Source: Promethearchaeota archaeon | GTDB lineage: Archaea > Asgardarchaeota > Hermodarchaeia > Hermodarchaeales > Hermodarchaeaceae | NCBI GenBank assembly: GCA_048939625.1 | Contig: JBHLPH010000001.1 | Location: forward strand, 96,001 to 160,000 | Reading direction: 5' to 3' | DNA: 64,000 nucleotides | Part shown: one piece after another, positions 29,333 to 39,443 of the stretch | How positions within the stretch are numbered: position 1 is the first letter of the stretch | Layout: each line of letters begins with the position of its first letter | The notes under the pieces: model-generated | Seen by the model: the letters and a program-made list of their open reading frames with translations, nothing else | Databases searched by the model: none | What the model was told of the DNA's origin: nothing | Translations under genes and position numbers: made by a program

Positions 29333-29398
29333 TTAGTTCATGCGAGGAGGAGGGGAGGGAAATATTGGGATAGGAGGGAGTTCCGGGTTCCTCAACAT
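29333..29398 (-). CDS. Candidate proline-rich leader peptide MLRNPELPPIPIFPSPPPRMN
   Basis: GGAG SD 5 nt before ATG; 8 of 21 codons are Pro; duplicate promoter-like motif upstream; downstream anti-SD. Confidence 0.4.
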   Translation of the reverse strand: MLRNPELPPIPIFPSPPPRMN

Positions 29399-29513
29399 CC
29401 TATCTCCGCGGTTTTGCGTATTGGGGCTTTTTGTCGGCTTGTTACTCTTAAGCCTTACGGCTCAGAGATCATAACGTGAAGACGCGAAAGGAAGCTCATT
29501 TCTAAGCAGGAAT

Positions 29514-29843
29514 TCATTCCTCGACGTAAACGACGGTTACGTATTCGATGATTGCAAATCGGTCTTTGCTTCGTGAAATGAGTTTGAGATCCTCGCGAAG
29601 AGCATTTAGGTGAAGGAACCGTTTCAGATAGGTTCGTAGCTGGGTTTTACTTGGGTGGTTGGCAGTGTCACTTCGTATATAGACTTCGTTGTCGGATACT
29701 GTAACTGTGATGTCATTAGCGAGTTTCTCGCTGAGAAAGTTAACCATTGCTGTACCTAGCTCATTGCCATGATTGAGCATATTTTGGATTTCAATAGTGA
29801 TGAAAGTTTTACTAGATTCTGGTTCCGTTGTGGATTTGGACAT
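29514..29843 (-). CDS. Ribosomal protein eL22 (L22e)-like
   Basis: FLSEKL...SKTQLRTYLKRFLH...LREDLKLISRSKDRFAI resembles the L22e C-terminal half. Confidence 0.65.
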   Translation of the reverse strand: MSKSTTEPESSKTFITIEIQNMLNHGNELGTAMVNFLSEKLANDITVTVSDNEVYIRSDTANHPSKTQLRTYLKRFLHLNALREDLKLISRSKDRFAIIEYVTVVYVEE

Positions 29844-29906
29844 GAATTTGGTCCCTCAGATGCAAGGATAATGCCCTTACCAAAAGTATGCCCCTTAAAA
29901 GTTCTC

Positions 29907-30482
29907 CTATTCTTCACGCTCAGAGTTTTCCCGACTTTTGGAGGAAGGAGAGAGGTGAAGGGGTGGAGGATTGTCTTCGCGGAGTGCCTGGCGTTTTTCT
30001 CGCCACCGGATTATACGTGGAGACAGAGCTCCGAATCCAAGTGTATATCCACTGTAGAGAATGACGACAATGAGATAATAGAATAGGTTGAAGGAGGAGA
30101 GGACAAATCCGACAGCATAACCCAAGAGGAACCCGGTGAGGGCACGAACGGGATTGCGACTTTCTCGTATCCGTAGCGTTTGAGTGGACCAATCGATGAC
30201 CGCAGGCAGGCTTATGATAAAAGCCCCAAGGAAGGTTATAGGGTTGATAGGAATGTAGACTAGGAAGATATGGATGTAGAGTGCAAGAACGATTCCGATT
30301 AGGAGGGCAGAGCATCGAGCACAAATATGGAGCGTGTGCCCACGAAAAGAGATGGACCAGGTTCGATGCATATAGGGTGGATCGTGATGACTGATAAGTA
30401 AGTGGAGTGTATCGAGGATCCGACGTTTTCGTGATTTTCGGGGAGGTTGTTCGGTCACATGAACACCTACATTCGCAACCAC
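29907..30482 (-). CDS. DUF2085-like membrane protein
   Basis: H...R...ICARC; LPAVIDW; SRNPVRALTGFLLG. Confidence 0.75.
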   Translation of the reverse strand: MVANVGVHVTEQPPRKSRKRRILDTLHLLISHHDPPYMHRTWSISFRGHTLHICARCSALLIGIVLALYIHIFLVYIPINPITFLGAFIISLPAVIDWSTQTLRIRESRNPVRALTGFLLGYAVGFVLSSFNLFYYLIVVILYSGYTLGFGALSPRIIRWREKRQALREDNPPPLHLSPSSKSRENSEREE

Positions 30483-30560
30483 TACACAGAGGTTAAGAGA
30501 TTAAAAATTCACTACTCAACCTAGGGTTTCTTGTAGGGGTGAATGCTAGTATCTTGAAAG

Positions 30561-30956
30561 GTGATTTGGGTGTCCCCCTCTAGCCTGCTCGCGACTGGAG
30601 TAGCCATTGTTGTTCGGGGAAAACTTCTATTGACCTGCGAAACTGAAAAGGGTGCACTTCAGCTACCAGGGTATTTCGTCGAAGAAGGGAAAAGAGCAAT
30701 TAGTCTTCTTCAAACATTTCTTTCAAAGAACAATCTAAACGAACTCCCCCAACAAACTCTCTATATTTCGGAGATTAAGTTGCGTCATCCAAAAAAAACC
30801 GAGGTTACCGGAGTGGTGACAGTGATTAATCTCCCCAAAGCACTTGGAACTAAAATGCTCAACTGTAAATATTTGACCGGAAAACAGCTCTCAAGAGACG
30901 AGAGAGCTAATGGTTTGCTAAAAGCCGTTGCCCAATGGCTCAGTAATAGTCTTTAG
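30561..30956 (+). CDS. Hypothetical protein, possible degenerate NUDIX fold
   Basis: GVAIVVRGKLLL...LQLPGYFVEEG, but the REXXEE part of the Nudix box is missing. Confidence 0.45.
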   Translation: MIWVSPSSLLATGVAIVVRGKLLLTCETEKGALQLPGYFVEEGKRAISLLQTFLSKNNLNELPQQTLYISEIKLRHPKKTEVTGVVTVINLPKALGTKMLNCKYLTGKQLSRDERANGLLKAVAQWLSNSL

Positions 30957-31474
30957 GCGTCAATGAGAATCCGTAACAATTCAACACTGAAGTAACCCTT
31001 AGCGCGAAGATCCTCCAACGGGGTGTGGAGCTTAATCGACACATAAGCTGCTTCCCCTTTTACACCGATCATTTTCTTGTAGGTCTTTTTAAATTCGAGT
31101 AAAGAGGTCGTCATAGCTAGGGCACCTGCAGCTTCTTCAGATATTCGAATGAAGACATCGGATTGAATACTCCGTTCAAGAACAAGTCCCATCGGTTGAA
31201 CACCTTCCTTCTTCATGAGGAGAGGTTCTCCCCCAACGATGAGTTGCAAGCGGGTATCTTTCAAGGCCTTTGTTTTTTCACTAACATCAGGATCAGCAAG
31301 AAGTTCATCTAGGCGTTGGATATAGGCTTCAACGGGATTTGTCAATGACACTATGGAGGTTTCAGGGAGAACGGATTCCATTGGAGAAGGAGTTGATGAA
31401 AAGTCATCGTCCCTAGCCTGCGGAGTAGTTTGTTGTTTGGTCTCGTCTGATTTCTTCCGTTTAAACCATCGCAT
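30953..31474 (-). CDS. Hypothetical protein
   Basis: 173-aa ORF filling the gap; no motif recognised. Confidence 0.55.
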   Translation of the reverse strand: MRWFKRKKSDETKQQTTPQARDDDFSSTPSPMESVLPETSIVSLTNPVEAYIQRLDELLADPDVSEKTKALKDTRLQLIVGGEPLLMKKEGVQPMGLVLERSIQSDVFIRISEEAAGALAMTTSLLEFKKTYKKMIGVKGEAAYVSIKLHTPLEDLRAKGYFSVELLRILIDA

Positions 31475-31652
31475 GATCTTTCATTCCTAAAATACTCTCT
31501 TTGCCGTGTGACGGTTAGGGAAGACGGTGGAAGCCATAAAAGCCTGCCGAAGTCCATTTCGAAATCTGGCTGAATAACAGGAAAACGCAGAATCCCCAGA
31601 AAAGAGCGGATTTTATAACCGCTATTATTCCAATAGTCAATGGTGAACTACC

Positions 31653-31943
31653 TTGACGAAAGTAACTGAAATCGTCCACTTTTTTGAACAAAAAATCTCA
31701 TCAATCCTGACAGTTGATGGTTTCCTCCCGGAAACAAAAAAGGACCGATTCGTAAAGGAAGGGGGTTTCTTCATTCGTGTCGCTGATGGTGATGGCAATG
31801 CACAAACCATCAAACTAAGTGATACAGAAATGACCACCCTAATACAGGACGTTAAACTTGCCTTGGAGAACCACCGACACCATAAACTCCAGCTATATGC
31901 TGAAATCGATGATCGCCAACGATCTAGTGCAAGCCAGGACTAA
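31653..31943 (+). CDS. Hypothetical protein
   Basis: SD GGTGA and TATA-like TTTTATAA upstream. Confidence 0.6.
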   Translation: MTKVTEIVHFFEQKISSILTVDGFLPETKKDRFVKEGGFFIRVADGDGNAQTIKLSDTEMTTLIQDVKLALENHRHHKLQLYAEIDDRQRSSASQD

Positions 31944-31950
31944 ACGGAAT

Positions 31951-32712
<762 letters not shown>

Positions 32713-32793
32713 CTAAACACCTCCTCTGTGGTCACCCATACATTTTTAGTAAGAAAGACAGCGGGAAAAACCCAACCACACGGATGTGATGGA

Positions 32794-33189
32794 TTGTCAA
32801 CCAATGAACAGATGTTAGAAGAACTCAAACAAATCCGAGAAGCCTTAGTCCCCCCGCCTACACCCCCACCAGAAAAGAAAGGATTATGGCAGGAATTCAA
32901 GGAATTTCTGGATCAATATAAAGTCATGGGTTTAGCTGTAGCTTTCATAATGGGATTGTACCTAGGAAGACTCGTACAAGCCTTAGTGACTGCCTGGATT
33001 ACACCGATTATCAATGTCGTCTTAATAACACTTGGCCTTCTAACGCCAGACCAAGTTTTGCTTAATCCAAGTGCCTATCCACTAGCCTTTAACCCTACAT
33101 TATTCATCAGTGAACTCATTACCTTTCTAATCGTCGCTGTTGTGATTTTCATTTTGGTGAAATTCTCAAAACGTTTAGGTCTTAAATAA
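32794..33189 (+). CDS. mscL: Large-conductance mechanosensitive channel
   Basis: EFKEFL...VMGLAVAFIMG...ITPII...FISELITFLIVAVVIF; start approximate. Confidence 0.85.
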   Translation: MSTNEQMLEELKQIREALVPPPTPPPEKKGLWQEFKEFLDQYKVMGLAVAFIMGLYLGRLVQALVTAWITPIINVVLITLGLLTPDQVLLNPSAYPLAFNPTLFISELITFLIVAVVIFILVKFSKRLGLK

Positions 33190-33273
33190 ACCATAAACCT
33201 TGGTCGGGTTAAAAACCTCAATTACCATCAATAAAAAATGCCATTGTTGAGTAGTTGATAATGAAAATCAAGC

Positions 33274-33825
33274 TTATTTCTCGATACTGAATTCCCATGC
33301 ACACCACCATTCATCTGGGTGTGAATCAGGAGGACAACCAAGACACCGCGTCGTGATGCGAGGATCGATAGCTTTGGCAAATTCCGAGTACTCAACCATA
33401 CCAACGGGTTTACAGGGAAAATCCGGTAATCCTTTTCGTTTACGGGCATCCTGAACGCGACATTTCTCCATGCGAAAAATAAAGTGTGTCTCATCAACCT
33501 CTTCAATGGACTGTCTGTTCAGTCGAGTATAGACGCGATACTGAAGAGCTATTTTTAATCCATCTAAGCCTGAATTAGGCTGAATTCCTACTTCATTCAT
33601 AATCCGTTTTGCTTCAATTGGAGAAAAGACACGCCAAGACTCGGTGTCTAGTTCAATAGCAGTCTCAATATCATACTTTTTTTCGGCAGCAAGAAACCAC
33701 GTACCATCAATGGCTAGCCAGTTTTTCGCATACATATCGATGATTTTCAGTAGTTCTTTACGGGGAAGGTCTTCAAAGCGAATAGGTTGGGGCAAAAAAG
33801 TCGATCCTCCGCTCACTCTTTTCAC
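33274..33825 (-). CDS. DUF6125-like protein (V4R-like, Cys-containing)
   Basis: NWLAIDGTWF, CRVQDARKRKGL..FPCK and CPPD..P..WWCAWEF motifs. Confidence 0.7.
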   Translation of the reverse strand: MKRVSGGSTFLPQPIRFEDLPRKELLKIIDMYAKNWLAIDGTWFLAAEKKYDIETAIELDTESWRVFSPIEAKRIMNEVGIQPNSGLDGLKIALQYRVYTRLNRQSIEEVDETHFIFRMEKCRVQDARKRKGLPDFPCKPVGMVEYSEFAKAIDPRITTRCLGCPPDSHPDEWWCAWEFSIEK

Positions 33826-33860
33826 GTGCAGTTATTTTAGTCTAGCTTGCAGCTATTAAA

Positions 33861-34823
33861 TTAAAATTCTACAGCGAGATCGAGTTCGCGGACGAGTTCT
33901 TTGTACCGGTTTCGGACTGTAACTTCAGTGACATGGGCAACTTCTGCAATTTCGCGTTGGGTACGGCGTTCACCTTCCATGATTGCTGAGATGTACAGTG
34001 CTGATGCCGCGAGACCAGTGGGGTCTTTACCAGCGGTGATGCCTTTCAGTCGGGCGTCTTCAAGGATTTTGACAGCACGGCGCTGTACACGATTACTCAA
34101 GCCCAAGCTTTGGGCGAATCGCGGAATGAAGTTGGCTGGTTGTGAAACTGGCATCCTTACATCGAGTCGACGCAGGAGTAAGCGGTAACAGCGGCCTAGT
34201 TCTTTTCGGTTGATACGACTATGGTGAGCGATTTCGTCAAGGGTACAAGGAGCCTCGCGAAGCCGACAGGCCGCGTACATGGCTGCAGCAATCATTGCGT
34301 CGATACTTCGGCCGCGGATGAGTCGACGTTCAAGGGCTCGTCGATACATCACTGCGGCGGTGTCTTTTACAGTACGGGATACACCGAGTTGACTAGTCAG
34401 GCGGTCCAATTCACTCATCGCATTGGCGAGGTTACGTTCAATACTTGAATGGACGCGTGATCGACGCTGCCATTTTCGGAGGCGATAGATTTCAGCGCGT
34501 CGATTGGAGGAAATTTGACGACCCGCTGCATCACGGTTGCGCCAGTCAATCATGGTGCTTAGATCATGATCTTGCAGAGCATAATTAATGGGACTTCCGG
34601 TGCGAGCGCGTTTATCACGTTCTTCCGTAGTGAATGCTCGCCATTCAGGACCTGAATCAATCGTGTTAACATCTAGGACTAACCCACAATTCGCGCAGGT
34701 TAGTTCTCCTCGACTCTCATCTCGGATTGCCTCCCGTTCACCGCAGTCAGGACAGGGAGGGTGTTCCTGCGAATCTTGGAATTGCCGATGTTTTTCATGG
34801 ATCGAGGAATTTTCTTCCATCAT
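33861..34823 (-). CDS. tfb: Transcription initiation factor TFB (paralogue 1)
   Basis: CPDC/CANC ribbon; GPEWRAF, GKDPTGLAA and TEVTVRNRYKE motifs. Confidence 0.95.
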   Translation of the reverse strand: MMEENSSIHEKHRQFQDSQEHPPCPDCGEREAIRDESRGELTCANCGLVLDVNTIDSGPEWRAFTTEERDKRARTGSPINYALQDHDLSTMIDWRNRDAAGRQISSNRRAEIYRLRKWQRRSRVHSSIERNLANAMSELDRLTSQLGVSRTVKDTAAVMYRRALERRLIRGRSIDAMIAAAMYAACRLREAPCTLDEIAHHSRINRKELGRCYRLLLRRLDVRMPVSQPANFIPRFAQSLGLSNRVQRRAVKILEDARLKGITAGKDPTGLAASALYISAIMEGERRTQREIAEVAHVTEVTVRNRYKELVRELDLAVEF

Positions 34824-35110
34824 GCATTCTTCTCCTAATATATGGTTAGGGAAGTTTAGGATGTCTTTTCAGCATCTTGTCTACAGACTCTAAGTGTTTC
34901 AAGGTGACCAAGAGGTTCAAAAAGGAACCTGGAGTGTCAAGATATCTAGCGGAGTAAGGTGCTATTCGCCGCGTTGCTCATCGATAACCTTTTAAACTTT
35001 CCCATTTATTTTCTAGTTGAACAAATATTTAAATGTTCGCTTTTTCTTCACACTAACTCAAGAGGCGCAACACATGGGACTGGGAATAAGTAAGTGGTGT
35101 CAGTTCTGAC

Positions 35111-36079
35111 TTAGATCTCAACTTGAAGGTCAAGAACCCGAACCATTTCCTTGTACCGATTGCGAACAGTGACCTCGGTCACACGAGCCACTGCTGCAAT
35201 TTCCCGTTGGGTCCGACGTTCACCCTCTTGAATCGAGGCGATATATAACGTCGCAGCAGCAAGACCAGTGGGATCCTTGCCTGCAGTGATGCCTTGGGCC
35301 TTCGCTTTATCGAGAATATCAATCGCTCGCCGTTGCACCCGACTTGAAAGATCCAAAGCTTGAGCAAAGCGTGGCACGAAGTCAGTTGGTTGTGAAATGG
35401 GAACGCGCATATCGAGTTTCCGTAGAAGCAGCCGATAGCAGCGACCAAGTTCTTTGCGGTTAATGCGACTATGATGAGCAATCTCATCTAGTGTTCGAGG
35501 GACTTGACGAAGTCGACATCCAGCATACACACAAGCTGCAATCATCGCTTCAATGCTGCGTCCACGAATGAGATGGCGTTCAACAGTTCGACGGTATAAG
35601 ATTGCTGATGCTTCTTTAACTGGACGGGGAACACTGAGTTGGCTGGTGATACGATCTAGCTCACTCATGGCCCGTGCTAGATTTCGATCGATACTGGAAT
35701 GGACTCGTGTCCGGATTTGCCACTTGCGGAGCCGATAAATTTGAGCCCGTAAACCTGGAGCTAGTTTACGTCCATTAGCGTCCCGATCTCGCCAGTCGAT
35801 GGTTGTGCTAAGGCCCTTATCATGTCGAGTATAATCTATGGGAGCTCCGGTTCGCGCCCGTGCGTCACGTTCTTCGCTAGTAAAAGCTCGCCATTCTGGA
35901 CCCTGGTCTACCATATGAGAATCAAGGACCAGTCCACAGTGCGTACAAATTACCTCACCTCGGACGGGATCACGAATGACATCCGAGTTGCCACAGTCAG
36001 TACAGTTGGCTACTATGGCGTCGGGCTCGCGTTGACGTTGGGCGCGAGGAGATAGTTCGGAATAAGCAGGATTTGCCAT
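35111..36079 (-). CDS. tfb: Transcription initiation factor TFB (paralogue 2)
   Basis: CTDC/CTHC ribbon; GPEWRAF, HDKGLST and TEVTVRNRYKE motifs. Confidence 0.95.
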   Translation of the reverse strand: MANPAYSELSPRAQRQREPDAIVANCTDCGNSDVIRDPVRGEVICTHCGLVLDSHMVDQGPEWRAFTSEERDARARTGAPIDYTRHDKGLSTTIDWRDRDANGRKLAPGLRAQIYRLRKWQIRTRVHSSIDRNLARAMSELDRITSQLSVPRPVKEASAILYRRTVERHLIRGRSIEAMIAACVYAGCRLRQVPRTLDEIAHHSRINRKELGRCYRLLLRKLDMRVPISQPTDFVPRFAQALDLSSRVQRRAIDILDKAKAQGITAGKDPTGLAAATLYIASIQEGERRTQREIAAVARVTEVTVRNRYKEMVRVLDLQVEI

Positions 36080-36403
36080 TTATCTTCTACCAATGTGTGC
36101 TTATGTAGCGCGGAGGAATAGTCTCTCCTAATATACGGATAATTATCCTTGGGGAGGTACTACGAGGGAATTTGAACCGGTTGTGAACTCTCCGATACTC
36201 ATAGAAGAATCCATGGGGATTGGGGAGAGTGAGAGACGGTGTGTGAAATCGAGGAGTAACTCCGTGCAAAGTGTCGAAACGTTTTTAAGGTTCCGAGTGG
36301 CGTTCGACACTTCTTTCTCCTATAAAAATGTTATTAATTTATACGGTTACTTCGACGAAACTTCCAAACCCTAGTACTAAAGAAAAAACCTGAGAGTTGA
36401 TAG

Positions 36404-37285
36404 TTAGAATTCTTTCTCACAGGCATTACAGTACCGGGAACCATGGATGACTGTGGCATTACAATGTGGACAGCGCGACTGGCCCGTTGGGGCTTTCGTT
36501 CCGGTGCCTTTCAAGTGTTTGGTCACTTTTCCTTTTAGGGAGGCGATAGCTTTGGCGCTAGGGGATCCTCCTTTGGATGATGGGGGTGGAGGTGGCGGAG
36601 CCTCTTCAATTGCTGGGGGTGCGGGCATTGGTGGTGGTGCCTCCGGAACCGAAGCCAGTGGAACTGAAGGACTTTGAGAAGGAACATAAGCAGGTTGGGT
36701 GTCAACCGCTAGTGTAGATGGTGGAGCAGGTTCAGCGATTGGCGGAGCCTCAACGGCGGGTTCTGGAGCAGTAACAACATGCAAATCTGATGTGCGAGTG
36801 ACATGTCCACTAATTCCTGTGACCAAGAGACCAATGAATCCGATGAACGAAGACGCAACGACGAATTCGAAGAAGATTGCTAATATTGATTCTCCACCAG
36901 TAATAGCCCGTAAGGTAGCTGCAACATCAGAGAGAATTGATAGGAATGGAACAAAGTCATTGATAATGCCTTGAAAGATGTTCCAGGCATCTACTATTTC
37001 ATTAACGAATAATGGCGGAAACTGTACGCCAACAAGTAATGTACCAGCAATGGCAAGAAATACCATTAATCCAAGATAAATTATGAAAGACATCAGAATA
37101 AGATGTAAAACACGAAGTCGTCCGATAACACCGATTATGATGCATGCGAGAATAAATCCAAGTGGGATTAACCATATCCGAATGGCGGAAGGGAGCAAAA
37201 GAAGCCCTGCAAGCAGGGTAAATACGATAACTATGAGAGTGCCAGCAATAACCGCTAGAAGGCTTCGATCCATTAGAAGCACCAA
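36404..37285 (-). CDS. Membrane protein with Pro-rich linker and C-terminal zinc ribbon
   Basis: N-terminal TM segments; poly-Pro; CPHC...YCNAC. Confidence 0.7.
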   Translation of the reverse strand: MVLLMDRSLLAVIAGTLIVIVFTLLAGLLLLPSAIRIWLIPLGFILACIIIGVIGRLRVLHLILMSFIIYLGLMVFLAIAGTLLVGVQFPPLFVNEIVDAWNIFQGIINDFVPFLSILSDVAATLRAITGGESILAIFFEFVVASSFIGFIGLLVTGISGHVTRTSDLHVVTAPEPAVEAPPIAEPAPPSTLAVDTQPAYVPSQSPSVPLASVPEAPPPMPAPPAIEEAPPPPPPSSKGGSPSAKAIASLKGKVTKHLKGTGTKAPTGQSRCPHCNATVIHGSRYCNACEKEF

Positions 37286-37429
37286 TATCTAGTGTCCTCG
37301 AATATACTTTATAAGGAGATTGTCGAGTTTTCCAGATCGCACAAACTTTGGAGAGAATCACAATAGCTATATATGAGAGATGCGAATGCGCGGGTAATCG
37401 ATTACATTGTATTGGAGGTGTACTGCATT

Positions 37430-37513
37430 ATGCCGGTCTTAGTAAATTTTGCACAATGGAACCGTTCTGTCTTCCGAGTAGGCGTAATTGCTACCTCCGA
37501 AGATAGGCACTAG
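37430..37513 (+). CDS. Candidate leader peptide MPVLVNFAQWNRSVFRVGVIATSEDRH upstream of the RIO kinase
   Basis: SD GGAGGTG at 37414-37420; TATA-like CTATATAT at about 37367; internal anti-SD. Confidence 0.45.
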   Translation: MPVLVNFAQWNRSVFRVGVIATSEDRH

Positions 37514-37652
37514 CTGATCCCGTTTTTATGGGAATAACATTAGCCAATCTCTTCATCTGCACAGCCAAAATCATAGGATGCCTTGGGTGAGAGGCAAGCT
37601 GTGGGTGATAGTGGGAGAGGCAAACCAAATCACAAGAGTGAGTTAGAAAAAA

Positions 37653-38468
37653 GTGCCAAATGATCCAGCACCTTATATCAGTAAGCGCAGTATGGCGAAC
37701 CGTCAAATGAGCAAACTTGACGGGCAACGAGGGCGATTGGAAGACCTGCCCGAAATCACATTGCCCTCGGTCCGAGCGGATGCTATCGCAACCCAATTAG
37801 CTACCGACGTAAGTGGAATAATTAGCGCCGGAAAAGAGGCCACAGTCTTCTTCGCATTCTGGCATGATTTTCCACTTGCTCTCAAAGCATACCGCTTTTA
37901 TGCAACACCTCACGCAAAAACTGGCAAACGGAAGAAAATGGGTGGAGGAAAAGCAGGATTTTCCAAAGACATCATGAGCTTCTGGGCAGCCCGGGAATTC
38001 TGGATTTTAGATCGCGCTTTCCGTGCTGGCGTAAAAGTACCAACACCTGCGCGGCATATCGATAATATGTTCACAGCCCTCTTCTTGGGAGAAGAGGGAA
38101 GACCTGCCCCCTTACTCAAGGATATTGATATTGAGTATCCACAACGAGTCTTTGATTTAGTCATCGAGGACATCTTTACCTTATACCGAGTCTTCATTAT
38201 TCATGGCGATTTATCTGGATACAACATTCTTCTCTTCAAAAATGATCCATGGATTATCGACTTCCCCCAGGCAATTGACTTTGCTTCTCGTCCTGGACGA
38301 CATCGAGTACTCAAGGAAGGGCGAACCATTCTTCTTCGAGATATCACCAATATTGTCCAGTTCTTCTCGCGCCATGGAATTTCTGCAGATCCAGAAGCCA
38401 TTTGTGATGAATGCATGGAACAGGTCGATGAACATGACCGATTTGATCCCCAAATGCTGGTGCGCTAG
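37653..38468 (+). CDS. RIO1-family atypical protein kinase/ATPase
   Basis: ISAGKEATV, IIHGDLSGYNIL and IIDFPQA motifs. Confidence 0.9.
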   Translation: MPNDPAPYISKRSMANRQMSKLDGQRGRLEDLPEITLPSVRADAIATQLATDVSGIISAGKEATVFFAFWHDFPLALKAYRFYATPHAKTGKRKKMGGGKAGFSKDIMSFWAAREFWILDRAFRAGVKVPTPARHIDNMFTALFLGEEGRPAPLLKDIDIEYPQRVFDLVIEDIFTLYRVFIIHGDLSGYNILLFKNDPWIIDFPQAIDFASRPGRHRVLKEGRTILLRDITNIVQFFSRHGISADPEAICDECMEQVDEHDRFDPQMLVR

Positions 38469-38473
38469 TCTGC

Positions 38474-39277
38474 TTAAATAGCCAATCGATCAGGGTGTGT
38501 ATAGATATTCATCCGTGCACCCCGCACAAACCCAATCAACGTAATGCCTGCGGCTTCTGCTAGTTCGATACCCGATGAAACTGCTGCGCTAATCGATGCG
38601 ACAACGGGTATCCGTGCAACCGCCGCCTTCAAGATAAGGTCACCTGTAAGACGCCCGGAACAAACTAGAATCAAATCGGATACACTCTGATTATTCCTGA
38701 GAGCAGCCCCAATCACTCGATCAACGGCATTATGTCGTCCGACATCCTCCGCCACTTGCACCAAGTCACCTCCAAGCGCAGCTAGTGCAGCACCATGCGT
38801 TCCTCCGGTCTCGCGATATATACTCATTTCGTGGCTCATGTTTTGAATTGCTGTATGAACAGCAATCGGAGACAATACAAGTGGATTATCTATTGCTGGA
38901 ATATCACACGCCTGCCAGGTCCCCAAAGCTCCCTCCTCAGGACCACACAATCCCATAACAATTCGAGCAGTTGGACGAATAGCAGCAAGTTTCTCCTCAA
39001 AGTTAGTACCATCGGATAGTTGGACTGTTGCCAATCGGTTACGAATCCGAATCTGAATTATTTCATTAGGGGAGGCAACTAGCCGGGAAGTAAATAACAA
39101 CCCCACAATCAAAGACTCATAATCGATAGGGAGTGTGTGAACCAAAGCAAAGTTATCCTCTGCACCAGAATCACGTAAAATGATTCGTAAACCGACCTCA
39201 CGAGTAACGATATCAGTCCGTTTCTCGGAGCCAGTTTCATCATGCCGGAGAATCGATACCGCTTGAGTCATCTTCAA
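38474..39277 (-). CDS. fdhD: Formate dehydrogenase accessory sulfurtransferase FdhD
   Basis: TGGTHGAAL, EDVGRHNAVDR, SGR and LIGFVRG motifs. Confidence 0.9.
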   Translation of the reverse strand: MKMTQAVSILRHDETGSEKRTDIVTREVGLRIILRDSGAEDNFALVHTLPIDYESLIVGLLFTSRLVASPNEIIQIRIRNRLATVQLSDGTNFEEKLAAIRPTARIVMGLCGPEEGALGTWQACDIPAIDNPLVLSPIAVHTAIQNMSHEMSIYRETGGTHGAALAALGGDLVQVAEDVGRHNAVDRVIGAALRNNQSVSDLILVCSGRLTGDLILKAAVARIPVVASISAAVSSGIELAEAAGITLIGFVRGARMNIYTHPDRLAI

Positions 39278-39443
39278 TTAGACCAACTCCATACATTCAT
39301 CGATGAAAGCATGTGTCACACCTTTTTATCTTGTCGACCAAAAAGACAATTCATTCATCGCGAGGTATTAGAGCTTTATTAGGCAAATATCGTACATCCC
39401 TTATTATTAACAGTTCACACCAATGACCTAGCAATTTAATGAG

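Noticed and set aside
29180-29479. 99-aa plus-strand ORF
   Set aside because: No recognisable motif or SD; neighbours and promoter-like motifs point to the minus strand
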